In this document: positions 1 through 11,576 of the stretch, piece by piece
Position numbering within the stretch: the stretch's first letter is position 1
Layout of the letters: each line of letters starts with the position of its first letter
Translations under genes and position numbers: made by a program
Assembly: GCF_041146345.1 (NCBI RefSeq)
Contig: NW_027191408.1
Location: 124,001 to 188,000 of the forward strand
Source of the DNA: Neodothiora populina
Taxonomy: Eukaryota
Reading direction: 5' to 3'
DNA length: 64,000 nt
The notes under the pieces: generated by a model
What the model was told of the DNA's origin: nothing
The model's database searches: none
What the model saw: only the letters and a program-made list of their open reading frames with translations

Positions 1-1024
1 ATGCTTATGGGGAAGAAGATGGGGCGATGGATGTGCAATTGGGCGAAATGCAAGGAAGATTTAGGATTCAAGGACCTCAATGAGCGCCGGAACACGTGAA
101 GCATGGGAATCTCTCGGCTCCACTCAAGTATGGTATCACCTCGATAGTGTGTATATCCCAGTAGAAGAGATGGAAGACAAGGAAGAGAAACAAGAGACAG
201 AAAGTGAAGAGAGAGAAAACAAGACTACCGTACCTTGCTGTACTCCTACCATACTATTCCAGAACGGCTAAGACTTACTGTACAAGTACCTTACAGTACC
301 TCCCTCTATCGCACGCCATCTTTTCTCTCGTTCTTGCACTAGTCATCACAACCATTACACAATGACGAAAAAAGCGTTTCCCATCTTGTAGGATCCATGA
401 CAATGACAATGACGATTTGTTTCCTTCTTTCTTTTCTGGGGGGAAATGGAACGACGCGAGACGCGGATCGTATCGAGATCGGGGGATCTGGGTTTAGTTA
501 CGTCATCCCGATCTGGCTTGTGCAAGGTACCTTACTTAGGTACCGAGGATCTCATAAAGATGAGGGACGAGTCAGGCAATGGTCGGATCAATCTTGATGC
601 TCGAGTCGTGTACTGATCTTGAAGATCCGAGGATAGACGACTGGAGCATAAGAGATGGATTGTGTATCCGAATGCATACGTTGGTGTCTAACATGCTTGA
701 CAGACCAGAGCCCGAAGGAACACGGGGACCGAAAAAAGGCTTTTCTTTCCGTTGCAGACTAGATAGCATGATAACATAGCAAGGGATATTCGTTTACCTT
801 GATCGAGTTCTCGAAGCCTTCAGGCATGTTTAAATTGGCTGCTGGGCGGGCGTAACCTCGACGAGCATTTTGCATTTTGAAATCACTAATTGCCTCGAAG
901 ACTTATTAGAAGCGCTTTAGCGCTGTGCACTACTGCGAAGAGACACAATGTCTTGTTTCTTTAAAGAGAAGAGTATGTGTGAGAATATACGACGGATATG
1001 CTTCCGACTTTCATACGCATGTCT

Positions 1025-3990
1025 TCAAGGTAACGTGTTGTTGTATAGACTCTCCACAGTCACCCCTTCGATCCAGTCGCCGCCTGTGCTATCGCTCTTC
1101 ACCACGTAGCTAATATCTCGACTGTGACTAGGCAAGAGCCAGAAGCCATTGCTGTCGAACTGCACCACAGCGCCTGCTGGATAGTCTAGCCAGACCCAAG
1201 CAGCCACACCCTTTGTGGCTGTCACAGAGAAGTTCTTCGTAACATTAGAATAGGAAAGCTCGAGGCCTGGATCTACCAGTGCTGCTGATGATAAAGGCGA
1301 GGCATGCCACCAGTTCTCATGGTAGAAAGTGCGAGTCTCGTTGGAATTGGGGAGCTGACCTTTTAGTGCTGTTTCCATGTGCATGAGCACATTCGAGTAG
1401 TTGTACCCTGTAGTGTTCAAGGTGTCGAATGTGTTCTCATGGAGTACTCGTGTGGTGTTGATCGCTCCGACATCGATACTGATGGTTGTGGGTGCACTGA
1501 TGTTCAGCTCTTTGCCTGTCCAATCGTAGAATGTGATGTTCGCGGATCCGAAGGCTGGTGACCACAGATCTGAAGTAACATATACTTCCAAATCTCCAGT
1601 GGTCACATTGTAAAATGGCGCTATGATGACAGGTTGGTAAATGTCTTTTGCACCATAGTGCAGCATCTTCCAACGTCCACTATACTCGATGCCGGCCCAC
1701 GTAGGCCCCACCCAGATGTCTTCCAGCTGCCAGTACAGTGAACCCAATTGACGGTTTGACAGACCACTGCCTCTCCTGTAAAACTGTATCTCGGACCTAT
1801 ATAAATCTGTCTGGAATATTTGCGTCGTATGGCACCATGCAGAGAAGTTTGCGACGCTGTCTGACTTGTTGGGTGTCGGGTACCATTCTTGCGCAGCTCT
1901 AGTCATCTCTCCCATTCCGAGCGATGAGTTGTGGTAGTTCGTAGTATTCAGTCCGCCCGGTGGATAATGACGGTTATGCCCTTGCACGTATGTCGAGTTG
2001 AAGTAGAGCTCAGATTCGGGGATAGCGTCGCGCCAACTTTGTAGTGAGGGCATCGAGTGGTACCCGAACTCATTGGAAAACCGTCCAATAGGATATGAGC
2101 TGTAGTTGAAGGCAAAGGTTGGGTCGTAGTTGTAGTAATCTGCTCGCCAAATTAGATATTCAACGTACACGGACTCTCTTGAACTCATGACATACCGGTT
2201 TCGCCATAAACTGACCCAGGCGTCAGGTTCTCGTACCTTTCTACAATCGGGATCGGCAGCGAGAAGTTGAGCTCGATATATCCGTTGCTTGTGCTTGATG
2301 GTGCGTAGGATATCGATTTCGAGTTTCCGAACACCACCGGAACGAGCATCTTTAGGAAGAGCTCCTCGTATTCTGCCAGGTAGCGTTCAATCTCTTCAGG
2401 GGCATTTCTCAAGACAAGGGCGAGCTCGAGATTTTCCAATTCATTACCACCCGCCCAGAAAGCTAAACTCGGGTGATGATTAACCCTCCTGACATTGTAA
2501 GCCGCCTCTTCCCTTACGTTATCCAGGAATTCATCATTCACAGGATAAAGCGCATCTCCAAATTGGAACTCGCTCCAGAGTAGGATGCCATATTCGTCGG
2601 CTACATCGTACACGAAGTCGGGTAGATAGGATCCCGAGGCCCAGACGCGTAACATGTTCTGGTTCCCTACCCTGGCTGCATCAAACAGCTGACGTATGCG
2701 AGCCTCTGTGACACGAGGCCAGAAAGCATCAGGCGGGATCAAATTGGAACCTTTGGCGTAAAATTCATGCCCGTTAATCTCGAAATGCCAATTGTTGCCA
2801 GGAGCAATACCCTGTGAAAGCTGCTCATCGGTGATAGCTGATTCATTCAGTACGATCGTGCGAAAGCCAATTCGCTTGCTGACGGTAGCAAGGATCTTGT
2901 CTTTTTGGTCAATGAGTTGGATGGTCAAGTTATAGAGATTCTGACTCCCCAGATTGTTTGGCCACCAGAGTTCCAGATCTTCGTGAGGAACTGCAGTCAC
3001 ACCGGTAATAGTGCTGTCGGTTATGTTCACACAGTCCAGCTGTCCTGAGGCAATGCTGTGATTCGATGAGTCTACCAAGAAATAGCTCAGTGATGCTCCA
3101 TCTGACAACGGACTCCCGAAGTAGTCTAAGCTGGCATTGACTATCCATGGTTGACTTTGGTCCGGAGGAAGATTATTTAGCTGACCACGACGATAGACAT
3201 CAATAAGCGAATTCCTGATATAGACCGCAGATGATCCTAGCTGCACTACCCAGGCTGGTTGCCAAGGTCCTGCAGGTGCGAAGGCTGGGCCCCTGAGCGC
3301 AAGACAAGTTAGCTGCCGTAGTCAATTTTCGACAGTGTGCCACAGAGGAGGCTCACCAATCCCAGCCAAAGTCAGACTAATAATGAGGAGACGTCAGTCC
3401 AGCGAACAGCAACGAAGATGTGTGCTACAGACCTGCTCCTTTCGTATAAACCAGCGGTTCGGGAACTCGTATGTCTGCTGCACTCCAAAAGGCCATGTTT
3501 CTTGCCCTGGTTCCGCCGCAATGTCATTGGCGATGTTGGGCGCACTGCCAAAGTTGATGCTTAGGATGGGGTCCCCGGAGCATGATGCCATTGGTGCCGA
3601 CACATCGAACCAGTACTGTCGAAACTGGTTCGAAGTCGAGGCTATATGTTCACCACAGAGAGATATGCTGGTAAAGGTATCAAGACCATTGAACAGAAGC
3701 CAAGTAGATGAGGCATTCCTCTCGAGCCCGGCGATTGGAGCACTTGTGTATGTCCAATTGTTCAAGGCGATCCAACGCAGATTGAAGTCATTGAGACCAT
3801 AGTAGGGATCGCCAATGACTTGGCCGGCGTATAGGTCAAGATGTGCTTGCGATGGTAGAGAAGCCGGGCAAGAGATGTTGAGGCTTGGATTGGATAAGGT
3901 CCAATCGGAACCACTCAGACTGATGGCTGTCTGCGAGGATGCTTGTAATGAAAGTAGGGAAACCCCCAACACTATACTTGTCCTGCCCAT
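1025..3990 (-). CDS. Secreted beta-mannosidase (GH2, fungal MndA type). Exons 3990-3433, 3376-3357, 3292-2196, 2139-1025
   Basis: Signal peptide [19 protein letters not shown]. Splicing three GT-AG introns (3377-3432, 3293-3356, 2140-2195) rebuilds [24 protein letters not shown]. Also has [33 protein letters not shown] (acid/base Glu), RFSNEFG (nucleophile) and LYWQLEDIW. Confidence 0.93.
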
Positions 3991-5636
3991 TTTCTTGGAC
4001 GTGCTAAGAGCAATATACTACTTCTGGGTAGGAACAATGAATTATATGGGATGTACGTCAATATAGCACGTCCTCAGATCACCATATCCTACCTAGGCTT
4101 TATATCAAGAGTCGAAGCGGTTATGATTGATTGCAATGATGCAATACGGTGGGTGATGCCTAAAAGCAATGTTACATTGATTCTAAAAGCAACCCCAATG
4201 AGGGGAATGCAGCGAAAGTGTCGGAAGAATACAGTCGAGAAATGCGGAGACGCTCCCAAATATCTCGAAACGGTATTGATTCTCGAGGAGTACACATCTT
4301 GGTTAAGTTGCGGAGTGATTTAGTGGTATGAGGGTGCGCAGAGGAAAACAGACGTCCACGATCGAGAGCAGGAGAATAAGATATGCATGACGCAATGTCA
4401 TAGAAAAGCACCCGGGTTACCCTACCTTACCTTACCTGACCTGGTGGTCGATCAGGTGCAGTGTGCTGCCGCCGCAAACCCATACAGGGCAAGGTACCGC
4501 AATGACTCTAGAGTGGATCATGTCGAGCCAGGTACGCTCGGCTTAACTTGACCCGGAGCATTTGACTCCATTGAATTGATACCTTACACGCAGGGAAGAA
4601 CCATTAGTGCGTTCAGAGTGGACCACGGTCATCACGGTCGTGACAGTCCTGGGCTCTCCTCTGATCGTTTCACGGTGTGCATAAATGAATGTGGCGCTGG
4701 TACTGTTACAGGAACCTGGTGAGGCTGCAGAAAGAGCTTGCGAACAGACCCCGAGGCTGTTGCTGTACAAGTACCGTACCGAACCAATGTGGAGCGGGTC
4801 GTTTTCTCAACGTCCGGAGGCAATACAGGTGGGCCGGGCTCCGAAGGTTGCACGTTGTTGTGTTATGTGAAGACTGGATTGTGAGGTAAAGTCAGATAGA
4901 GTATTCGTTTACATGCGACAGGCAAAAGTTAGAAGAATGGCGTAGTTCAGTAACCTGCTCGATCGATCCTGGGGTCAGTTGCTGATCGTGAGGTAGTGTA
5001 TCTTCGCTCATACGGCAGGCAGGTACGTGGACCTGGACATTTGTCGTAAATCAGTGTGTTTGTACCGATACTGTGATCCTCAGCCGTTGATTGACCTCCG
5101 GTTTATCCCCATTTATCGCGAGTCGTGCAAAGCACCGTCCGGCAATCAACTACCTTGTATCGTACTAGTCCTGTAATACTAGTACGGTCTCTACCATATT
5201 ATAGCGTCTCGAGGGGTTCCTGTGTTCCAGCTCCCCTGTCGGGTTTATTAGTGTGTTCAGTAGTAAAGGGCCGAGCTTCTGCATCTCGTCGCTTTAATTA
5301 ATCTAAAGAGCTCTACACTATATCTCCGACTCAGAAGCCATCGACACGGTCGATACTATCCATTTGAAGCCTGAGCCTCACTTCGGTGGTGTTCTCGCTC
5401 GCGGCTCCTCACCCCAGTCACTCGTTCTCGACCGACAGAGAGCTGTTAGTGTCAGAACCGTGGATACTAATCGTCTCGCGACTCCCGCATCAGAGTCATC
5501 GCGAAGCATTCGCGACGCGTAGCTCCCAATTTTATTGAATTTGAACGATACAACACCCAAGACTTGGTCGATTCATGTGCACTATAGGCCTCGTCTTGTG
5601 TCGTATATGAATACAAGACTATAAATTTCACAAAAA

Positions 5637-8600
5637 ATGGCCTGGCGACCAGTCAAAAACATTGTTCACGCCGTGTGCACCCATCACTTCGGAGCAAACG
5701 ACCAGGACGACTTGACTCTGGAAATTGGGGATGACGTGTACATCACGGAAATAGGAGGGCCTACACAGGAGTGGTGTCGCGGATGGTTGTTGGCTCAACC
5801 CTCGCTACTGCATGCTCTGACACTCGAGAAGGGTCAGGCGCTCAAGGCGAGAGCCTCGTCGGGCGTCTTCCCACGTACTCATGTTGAGATCCGCGAAGTG
5901 TTGGGTGGCCAGGAGACGAGGCTGCAGGAAGCGTATGTGAACGGCGACGCAGTAGCAACGCCTACGCGAAGGGCCAAAGTCCGGCCTGACCCTGGCGAAC
6001 AAGACTTTACACGCTCTGCTTCCGTCTCACGATCTCGCTCCATCCGGAGAACTCGTCTTGTCCATCGCAGCTTTGGTGATGTTCAACTCGAAGCTGTGGA
6101 CGTCATGCCCAGGAGTGCGGATGCGCGCAAGGAGAAAGCGCCCTTGCCAGCCCTGCGGATAGGAGATGCCACCGACTTTTCCGTCGAGGAACCTCTGGTC
6201 GACGAGATTTCATCCTGTCTGAAAGAATGGTATTCCACCAAGCTGCACGGCTTGGTGCTCGAGCATGACTACGACTTGCTTGACAGGGTATCTGACTTGG
6301 CCACGCGCTTGAATAGCGCGCGAAAGCAACTGATTCACGATTTGTTGACCGAGAAGGAGCTCTCGGAGCTGCGTGAGCGTACTGTTTGGGATCTTGTTGA
6401 CGGCAATAAGATGATGGACGGCGGTGTGATTGTGAGGAGCCCTCAGGAGAAAGGACGTATCCTCACCGCTCAGGACAGCATGCCCGACATGCTGAAATTG
6501 CAAGCCATGATGAGCCTGCGTAGTCGACCGCCGCCAGTACAGGCTTACGAGTCTCATATTTCTCACATGCTCGCTGAAATCAAGCATTTTCCAGACATGC
6601 AGGGCGAGCCTGGCGTCTTGCATCTCTATCTGTGCCGCCAAGTTGGGGATGAAAAACCGCGTCCTGTGTCGGAAGTCTTCGCCGTCGAGGTGCCGATAGA
6701 AGCTCAGGGCATCGGCATACCTACACCTGCCCAATTGCCAAGGACGTTGTTTACCGATCTGACGAAAGCTGATATCGGAAGCGCATCAGATCCTAGTATA
6801 CGCCTATATCTGGTCTGCTTGCTCCAGCGCGAGGAGCCGATTCGTACCGATAGTCGGTTTGAGGTTGCCACACCGACACCCTCGACTCAGAATGAACGTC
6901 TTGACATTGCTACCCCTAACGACAACGGACGCCGCAGCTTCTTCTTTGGCGGCCAGCGCAGCCGTAGAGCCTCACAGGACCAGCTGAGACCACCAACTGG
7001 CCAGTCAGCCTTCTCTAGCTTACCGAAATCACGGTCACAAACACCCAGCTCCATGGACACACAAACTCGTCCCTCGACGGCGACAAAACGAGCAAGACGT
7101 ACAATCGGACACAGCGTCCTTGAGATAGGGGCACTACTTCGCCAACAGGAATCTACCGAAGTCTTGCTGAACCTGTGGGCATCAGATCGTAACTTCGATG
7201 AAGGAACGAGCGACCCTAAGCCAGGCGAGGAAGGGTGGGATAATGTCATCAAAGATCTCGTGCGCAGTCCAATCGGCCACTTCACCAAAGCAGACACTAT
7301 TGGTCCCTTCAGGCTATACCTCAGAGCATTCGCTCAAAGTGACGCGCAATCTCTTATCAGAAGTCATCCAGCCCTACTTCGTGACACTCACTGCACTCAG
7401 TCCTTGAGCTTTGTTTCGACTCCTTCACAACCTCGCAGCGACATTTACCTTACCTTGAGAGAGCCTTTGCTCCCATACGGCGCTCGATGTTTTCATCCCC
7501 AGACTGGCAGTGTTCCAATCGCCGCTGACACGAGTCTGAGAAACCTGCAAGTGACTCTTGAGGTCCGAACCGACTCGGGACGACGTATTGAGAATGCAAT
7601 CTATCCCACGTCCAATCGCCCTCCACATACTGCTTTCCGGACACCAGCCATAGATAAGGGCGAGATGTGGAATCAAACCATTCGCTTATCAATACCGACG
7701 CAAGACATGCGCAATGCTCATGTTATCCTGAGCATCGCCGACGGTGTCAATTTTCCGTTTGCTCTGGCTTGGCTGCCGTTGTGGAGCACAGTGACCGACT
7801 CCTGTATACACGGCAATCAAGTGCTAGCCCTCTGGGATTATAGCGAATACACAGCGAGCACAGTCAAAGGCAAGGGCGCCTATCAGTCACTACCTGCGCA
7901 CACGGAAAATATAGCAATCCCAGACAAGTCAATGATGGCAAGTCTTGCTACTCACGTCACCGTCACAAGTAGCGTGAATGCTCAAGAACCCATCATAGTT
8001 GCACTTCTTCATTGGGATGGAACTTCTCTGGAAGGACTCATGGAGGTCCTCGAAGGCTTCAAGCTTGTGCATGACACCGAGATTGTTAGGTTCTTCAAGC
8101 CTATCTTGGCTGCGTTGGACCGGATCTTCGACGCTGTTTACGGCTTGACTGATGGTGCTGGGAACGTCATTGGAGAGGTTTACGCAGAGCGAGCATTCTC
8201 GTGTCTGATCCACGTCCTTCACTTTACGAGCGATCGACGATTCCCTGGCACAAAAGACATCCTCCAAGAATATGTTACCGAACGTGAACCACTGCGGAAC
8301 TCCCTCAAGTCGGTGACAAGAGCGTTTCGTGCTTTTTTGGCTCGTCCATACGAAATCGAGCAAGCACGGGAGCTACGAAGGGCTCTAAAAGTCTCCGGAC
8401 AAATCATCAAATACATCACCAATCATCACGATGATGGTCCTCGGATAGTCGGGATCCCTTTGACGCCCGTTCAGAGTGCGGTCTTGAATCTGATGCGCAA
8501 TCCGAGAAAAGAGCTGCATCCTACTCAAGTCATACTTATGCAGAAATTGGGCTCGTGGCTTCCTGAGTTGCTTCCCGTAGCAACTCCCGATGAGATATTG

Positions 8601-11576
8601 GAATTCGTCGACGAGATGATGACCGCCTCTGCGATGAAGAAGGACTCACTCCGCATTCATAGATTGATATTGGTCAAAGAGTTGTCTTTGTTGGAGATGT
8701 TCAAGGCTCAAGAAATGCGACCAAAAGTCTTGCTCAAGACAAGCGAATGGCTCGAGCCTTACTGGGTTGTCTCTGACCCGATCACTGATCACCAGATCGA
8801 CGGCATACGGCTTTGCTGTTCGATTCTCGCATCTCAATATGCGGACGCAGGACCGCTGTCGCTTCACTACGTCGTCAAGTTGTTCGAGACATATCATCTG
8901 CTGTCAGGGCCTTTGCAAAAGGCGGATGAGAACCGATCGCTCTCGAAGCCGAAATCAAAGCAGACGTTTACGCCACTTTTTCCTGATACATATCCATTCA
9001 ACCCTCTAGAAGTGGATGTTCCGCCTCCAGAGGCTGTGCTGCTAGAGATAGCAACGCTGTTGACAGCACTTTTCCAAACGGGACCGCCATTGGGAAATAT
9101 ACGTGATTATGTGATGGGTCAAGACAACGACGATGCCCTGGAAGCTTTCATTCAGAGGACTCTGCAGGTGCTCCATTCAATTCATGCAGGCAGATCTTTT
9201 CCTGTACAGTGGCTCAGTCTATACATATCACACGCTAAGATGGCAGTGACGATGCTACAGTGGCTCTTCGACGTCATGAAAGCTAACCTCCTACCTGCGG
9301 CAGACACAGCAGGAGAGGCAGATGTCATGTCTTTCAATTACGATCTGTGGCAATGCTGGTTCAATACGCTCATCGAGCTTTCCCTGGACAAGACCGTGTC
9401 CATGGAGAACTTCTCTGAACAGACCAGCAAGGCCATATGGGCCATTGCAGGTGATATTAGAGAGACAGCTGCTCTGCTCCTCCGCTATAGCTGGGAAGAT
9501 ATTGGTTGGGATGCAGATCCCGAGTTTGAAAGAGTCATTTTCCCTATGAGAAAAATGGGCGGCTTCCAGGTGGGACTGACTGCCAAAATGCTTCCATCGG
9601 TCGTTAGGCTGTGTATGGGGTTGCATGCAGCACTCCGATCAGTCGGACTAGATATGCTGCGCTCTATGATCATAAGCGAATGGCAATTGAGCGAGAATCT
9701 CGACATGGTGCAGGGAGCTTTCTTTGACGTCTTTGACCAGATCGCTCAGCGAGACATCCCGCTGGGTAAGGTTTACACGGCAGACTTCTTGCATCAGGTG
9801 AGAGGTTACTTCAAGATACTCGATGACACTGCAGAGCAGCCCTTGTATATTGCAGTCTCCAGAATGCTTGGAGAGGTTGAGAAGCTGCTTGCTGTGCTTG
9901 GAGAGCTCAGAACAGCGCAAGACCCTGGCTCTCAGCTAATCCAGCTATACTACCTCACAGACTTCCTCAGTTCGAGTGGCAAGGACGAAGCCTACATTCG
10001 TCGACTCCACGAGATCAGTCATTTCCACACGCTTACTCGTTGTTATGCAAGTGCCGCATGTGCCGTTCAGATGCATATCGATGCGCTCGAACAGAACGAC
10101 ACATACGGCCGACAAACACTTCCGCAGCTGGTTCTTCCAGGTATTGACTATCCTGAAGAGCCTCTACAGTCACGCAAGACCAGGTTATACAACCAAATGA
10201 TTACCTACTACGAGAAGGGCTATTGTTGGGATAGTGTGCTCGATGTCTTACAGAGACTTTCGGACGCTTACAAAGCTGTATGGGACGTTGCAGGTCTTGC
10301 AGACGTCGCAGGCAGACAGAGTAAAGCGTATCGTACTTTGGGCAAGGGCGCACCGTTCAGCCCGCGCTACTTTTATGTCTCTTTCAACGATCATGCATCG
10401 TTTCCTCCTCTTCTGCGTGGCAAGCAACATATCTTCGAGGGGCCTGCCGATTGCGATCGCAAGACGTTTTGTCAAACATTGCATGTGCAATTCCCACTTG
10501 CCACAAATCTGAGTCCTGAATACTCACATCCGAGTTCGCAAACTGGAGAGCCAGCTATCAAGGTCATTCCGGTCACAGTCTACAAGGACCATCTCCATCC
10601 GATCAGTCGACAATCGGGTGTTTCTTCTCAGTACAGAGAGCACTGCTTAACAGCGAAGCCGCGGGTGTTTGCCATTACAGATAGACAAAATATACCGACC
10701 GTCAGCATCACCGATCAGCTGGTAGAGAAGAAGATCTTCACGACGGCAGATGCGCTACCGACTTTGCTCTCTTACAGTCGGATCATCAGCGAGAAGAGAC
10801 TCACGCTGAGCCCACTCCAAGCCGCTATTGACCGCACACAACGAAAGACACAGATTCTGAGTGTAGCTACTGAGCGCGTCTCGAACAAGGGCGCCAGCGA
10901 AGTCGATAATCTTGTCGACATCATCAGATCGTCTGTGAATCCAGATGTGACAGGCAGCGTAGCAGGGTACCACCGACTCCTCGCCGTGCCGCCACCAGAC
11001 TCAACAATGTCCGACGGCATCACCTTGGACGGAAGAACGACACCTCACTCGCCCACGTCCACTATAACTAACGGCGACATGATGTCTGAGGACACATTGC
11101 TCAGACGCGCACTCAGCGTTGCCCTCGAAGACCACGCCCGCGCTCTGGAGACAGCAATCTCTTCTCCCTGGATCCACATCCGTGCCTCGACAGCGAAATC
11201 CCAACTACAGACATTCTTCGCGTCCGCTTTCGCCCTCGAGTTGATCACCATGTACCCCAAAGCAGACTGGACGAATAAGTCGCCCGCATGGCTGGATCCC
11301 ACCCCAGAACAAGAAGCCGCCGCAATGGCTGCTGTACCCGGTGCCGGGGCCAGTTCCGCGAACGGTGTTAGATACAACGGCGAAGGCGGAAGAGGAACAG
11401 ACAGCCGACTGAACACCGCAGGCGGCGACTCGGTCGCCATCGACGACAGCGAGCACATGGACGCCAACGGCGGCGGTGCTGTGGCTCGGAAACCCAGCAC
11501 GCGCAGTCGACGGATGAGCCTAAAGAAGAGGCTGAGTTTCTTAAGTTTAGGCGGGAGATCTGCCTCGGTCGCGTGA
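5637..11576 (+). CDS. DOCK/Dck1-family Rho/Rac guanine nucleotide exchange factor (SH3, C2-DOCK/DHR-1, DHR-2), 1979 aa, apparently intronless
   Basis: N-terminal SH3 (DDLTLEIGDDVYI...WCRG...GVFP). DOCK N-terminal EISSCLKEW. C2-DOCK RSDIYLTL...WNQTIRLSIP...FALAWLPLW. DHR-2 lobe A (YIRRLHEI, RKTRLYNQMITYYEKG, PRYFYVSF) and lobe C (LSPLQAAID, SSVNPDVTGSVAGY). Confidence 0.9.
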   Translation: MAWRPVKNIVHAVCTHHFGANDQDDLTLEIGDDVYITEIGGPTQEWCRGWLLAQPSLLHALTLEKGQALKARASSGVFPRTHVEIREVLGGQETRLQEAYVNGDAVATPTRRAKVRPDPGEQDFTRSASVSRSRSIRRTRLVHRSFGDVQLEAVDVMPRSADARKEKAPLPALRIGDATDFSVEEPLVDEISSCLKEWYSTKLHGLVLEHDYDLLDRVSDLATRLNSARKQLIHDLLTEKELSELRERTVWDLVDGNKMMDGGVIVRSPQEKGRILTAQDSMPDMLKLQAMMSLRSRPPPVQAYESHISHMLAEIKHFPDMQGEPGVLHLYLCRQVGDEKPRPVSEVFAVEVPIEAQGIGIPTPAQLPRTLFTDLTKADIGSASDPSIRLYLVCLLQREEPIRTDSRFEVATPTPSTQNERLDIATPNDNGRRSFFFGGQRSRRASQDQLRPPTGQSAFSSLPKSRSQTPSSMDTQTRPSTATKRARRTIGHSVLEIGALLRQQESTEVLLNLWASDRNFDEGTSDPKPGEEGWDNVIKDLVRSPIGHFTKADTIGPFRLYLRAFAQSDAQSLIRSHPALLRDTHCTQSLSFVSTPSQPRSDIYLTLREPLLPYGARCFHPQTGSVPIAADTSLRNLQVTLEVRTDSGRRIENAIYPTSNRPPHTAFRTPAIDKGEMWNQTIRLSIPTQDMRNAHVILSIADGVNFPFALAWLPLWSTVTDSCIHGNQVLALWDYSEYTASTVKGKGAYQSLPAHTENIAIPDKSMMASLATHVTVTSSVNAQEPIIVALLHWDGTSLEGLMEVLEGFKLVHDTEIVRFFKPILAALDRIFDAVYGLTDGAGNVIGEVYAERAFSCLIHVLHFTSDRRFPGTKDILQEYVTEREPLRNSLKSVTRAFRAFLARPYEIEQARELRRALKVSGQIIKYITNHHDDGPRIVGIPLTPVQSAVLNLMRNPRKELHPTQVILMQKLGSWLPELLPVATPDEILEFVDEMMTASAMKKDSLRIHRLILVKELSLLEMFKAQEMRPKVLLKTSEWLEPYWVVSDPITDHQIDGIRLCCSILASQYADAGPLSLHYVVKLFETYHLLSGPLQKADENRSLSKPKSKQTFTPLFPDTYPFNPLEVDVPPPEAVLLEIATLLTALFQTGPPLGNIRDYVMGQDNDDALEAFIQRTLQVLHSIHAGRSFPVQWLSLYISHAKMAVTMLQWLFDVMKANLLPAADTAGEADVMSFNYDLWQCWFNTLIELSLDKTVSMENFSEQTSKAIWAIAGDIRETAALLLRYSWEDIGWDADPEFERVIFPMRKMGGFQVGLTAKMLPSVVRLCMGLHAALRSVGLDMLRSMIISEWQLSENLDMVQGAFFDVFDQIAQRDIPLGKVYTADFLHQVRGYFKILDDTAEQPLYIAVSRMLGEVEKLLAVLGELRTAQDPGSQLIQLYYLTDFLSSSGKDEAYIRRLHEISHFHTLTRCYASAACAVQMHIDALEQNDTYGRQTLPQLVLPGIDYPEEPLQSRKTRLYNQMITYYEKGYCWDSVLDVLQRLSDAYKAVWDVAGLADVAGRQSKAYRTLGKGAPFSPRYFYVSFNDHASFPPLLRGKQHIFEGPADCDRKTFCQTLHVQFPLATNLSPEYSHPSSQTGEPAIKVIPVTVYKDHLHPISRQSGVSSQYREHCLTAKPRVFAITDRQNIPTVSITDQLVEKKIFTTADALPTLLSYSRIISEKRLTLSPLQAAIDRTQRKTQILSVATERVSNKGASEVDNLVDIIRSSVNPDVTGSVAGYHRLLAVPPPDSTMSDGITLDGRTTPHSPTSTITNGDMMSEDTLLRRALSVALEDHARALETAISSPWIHIRASTAKSQLQTFFASAFALELITMYPKADWTNKSPAWLDPTPEQEAAAMAAVPGAGASSANGVRYNGEGGRGTDSRLNTAGGDSVAIDDSEHMDANGGGAVARKPSTRSRRMSLKKRLSFLSLGGRSASVA

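Noticed and set aside
4421..4447. Resemblance of CTTACCTG to the U1 snRNA 5' end
   Set aside because: It lacks the ATACTTACCTG start, and I saw no U1 stem-loops or Sm site downstream. It is part of the pentamer array.
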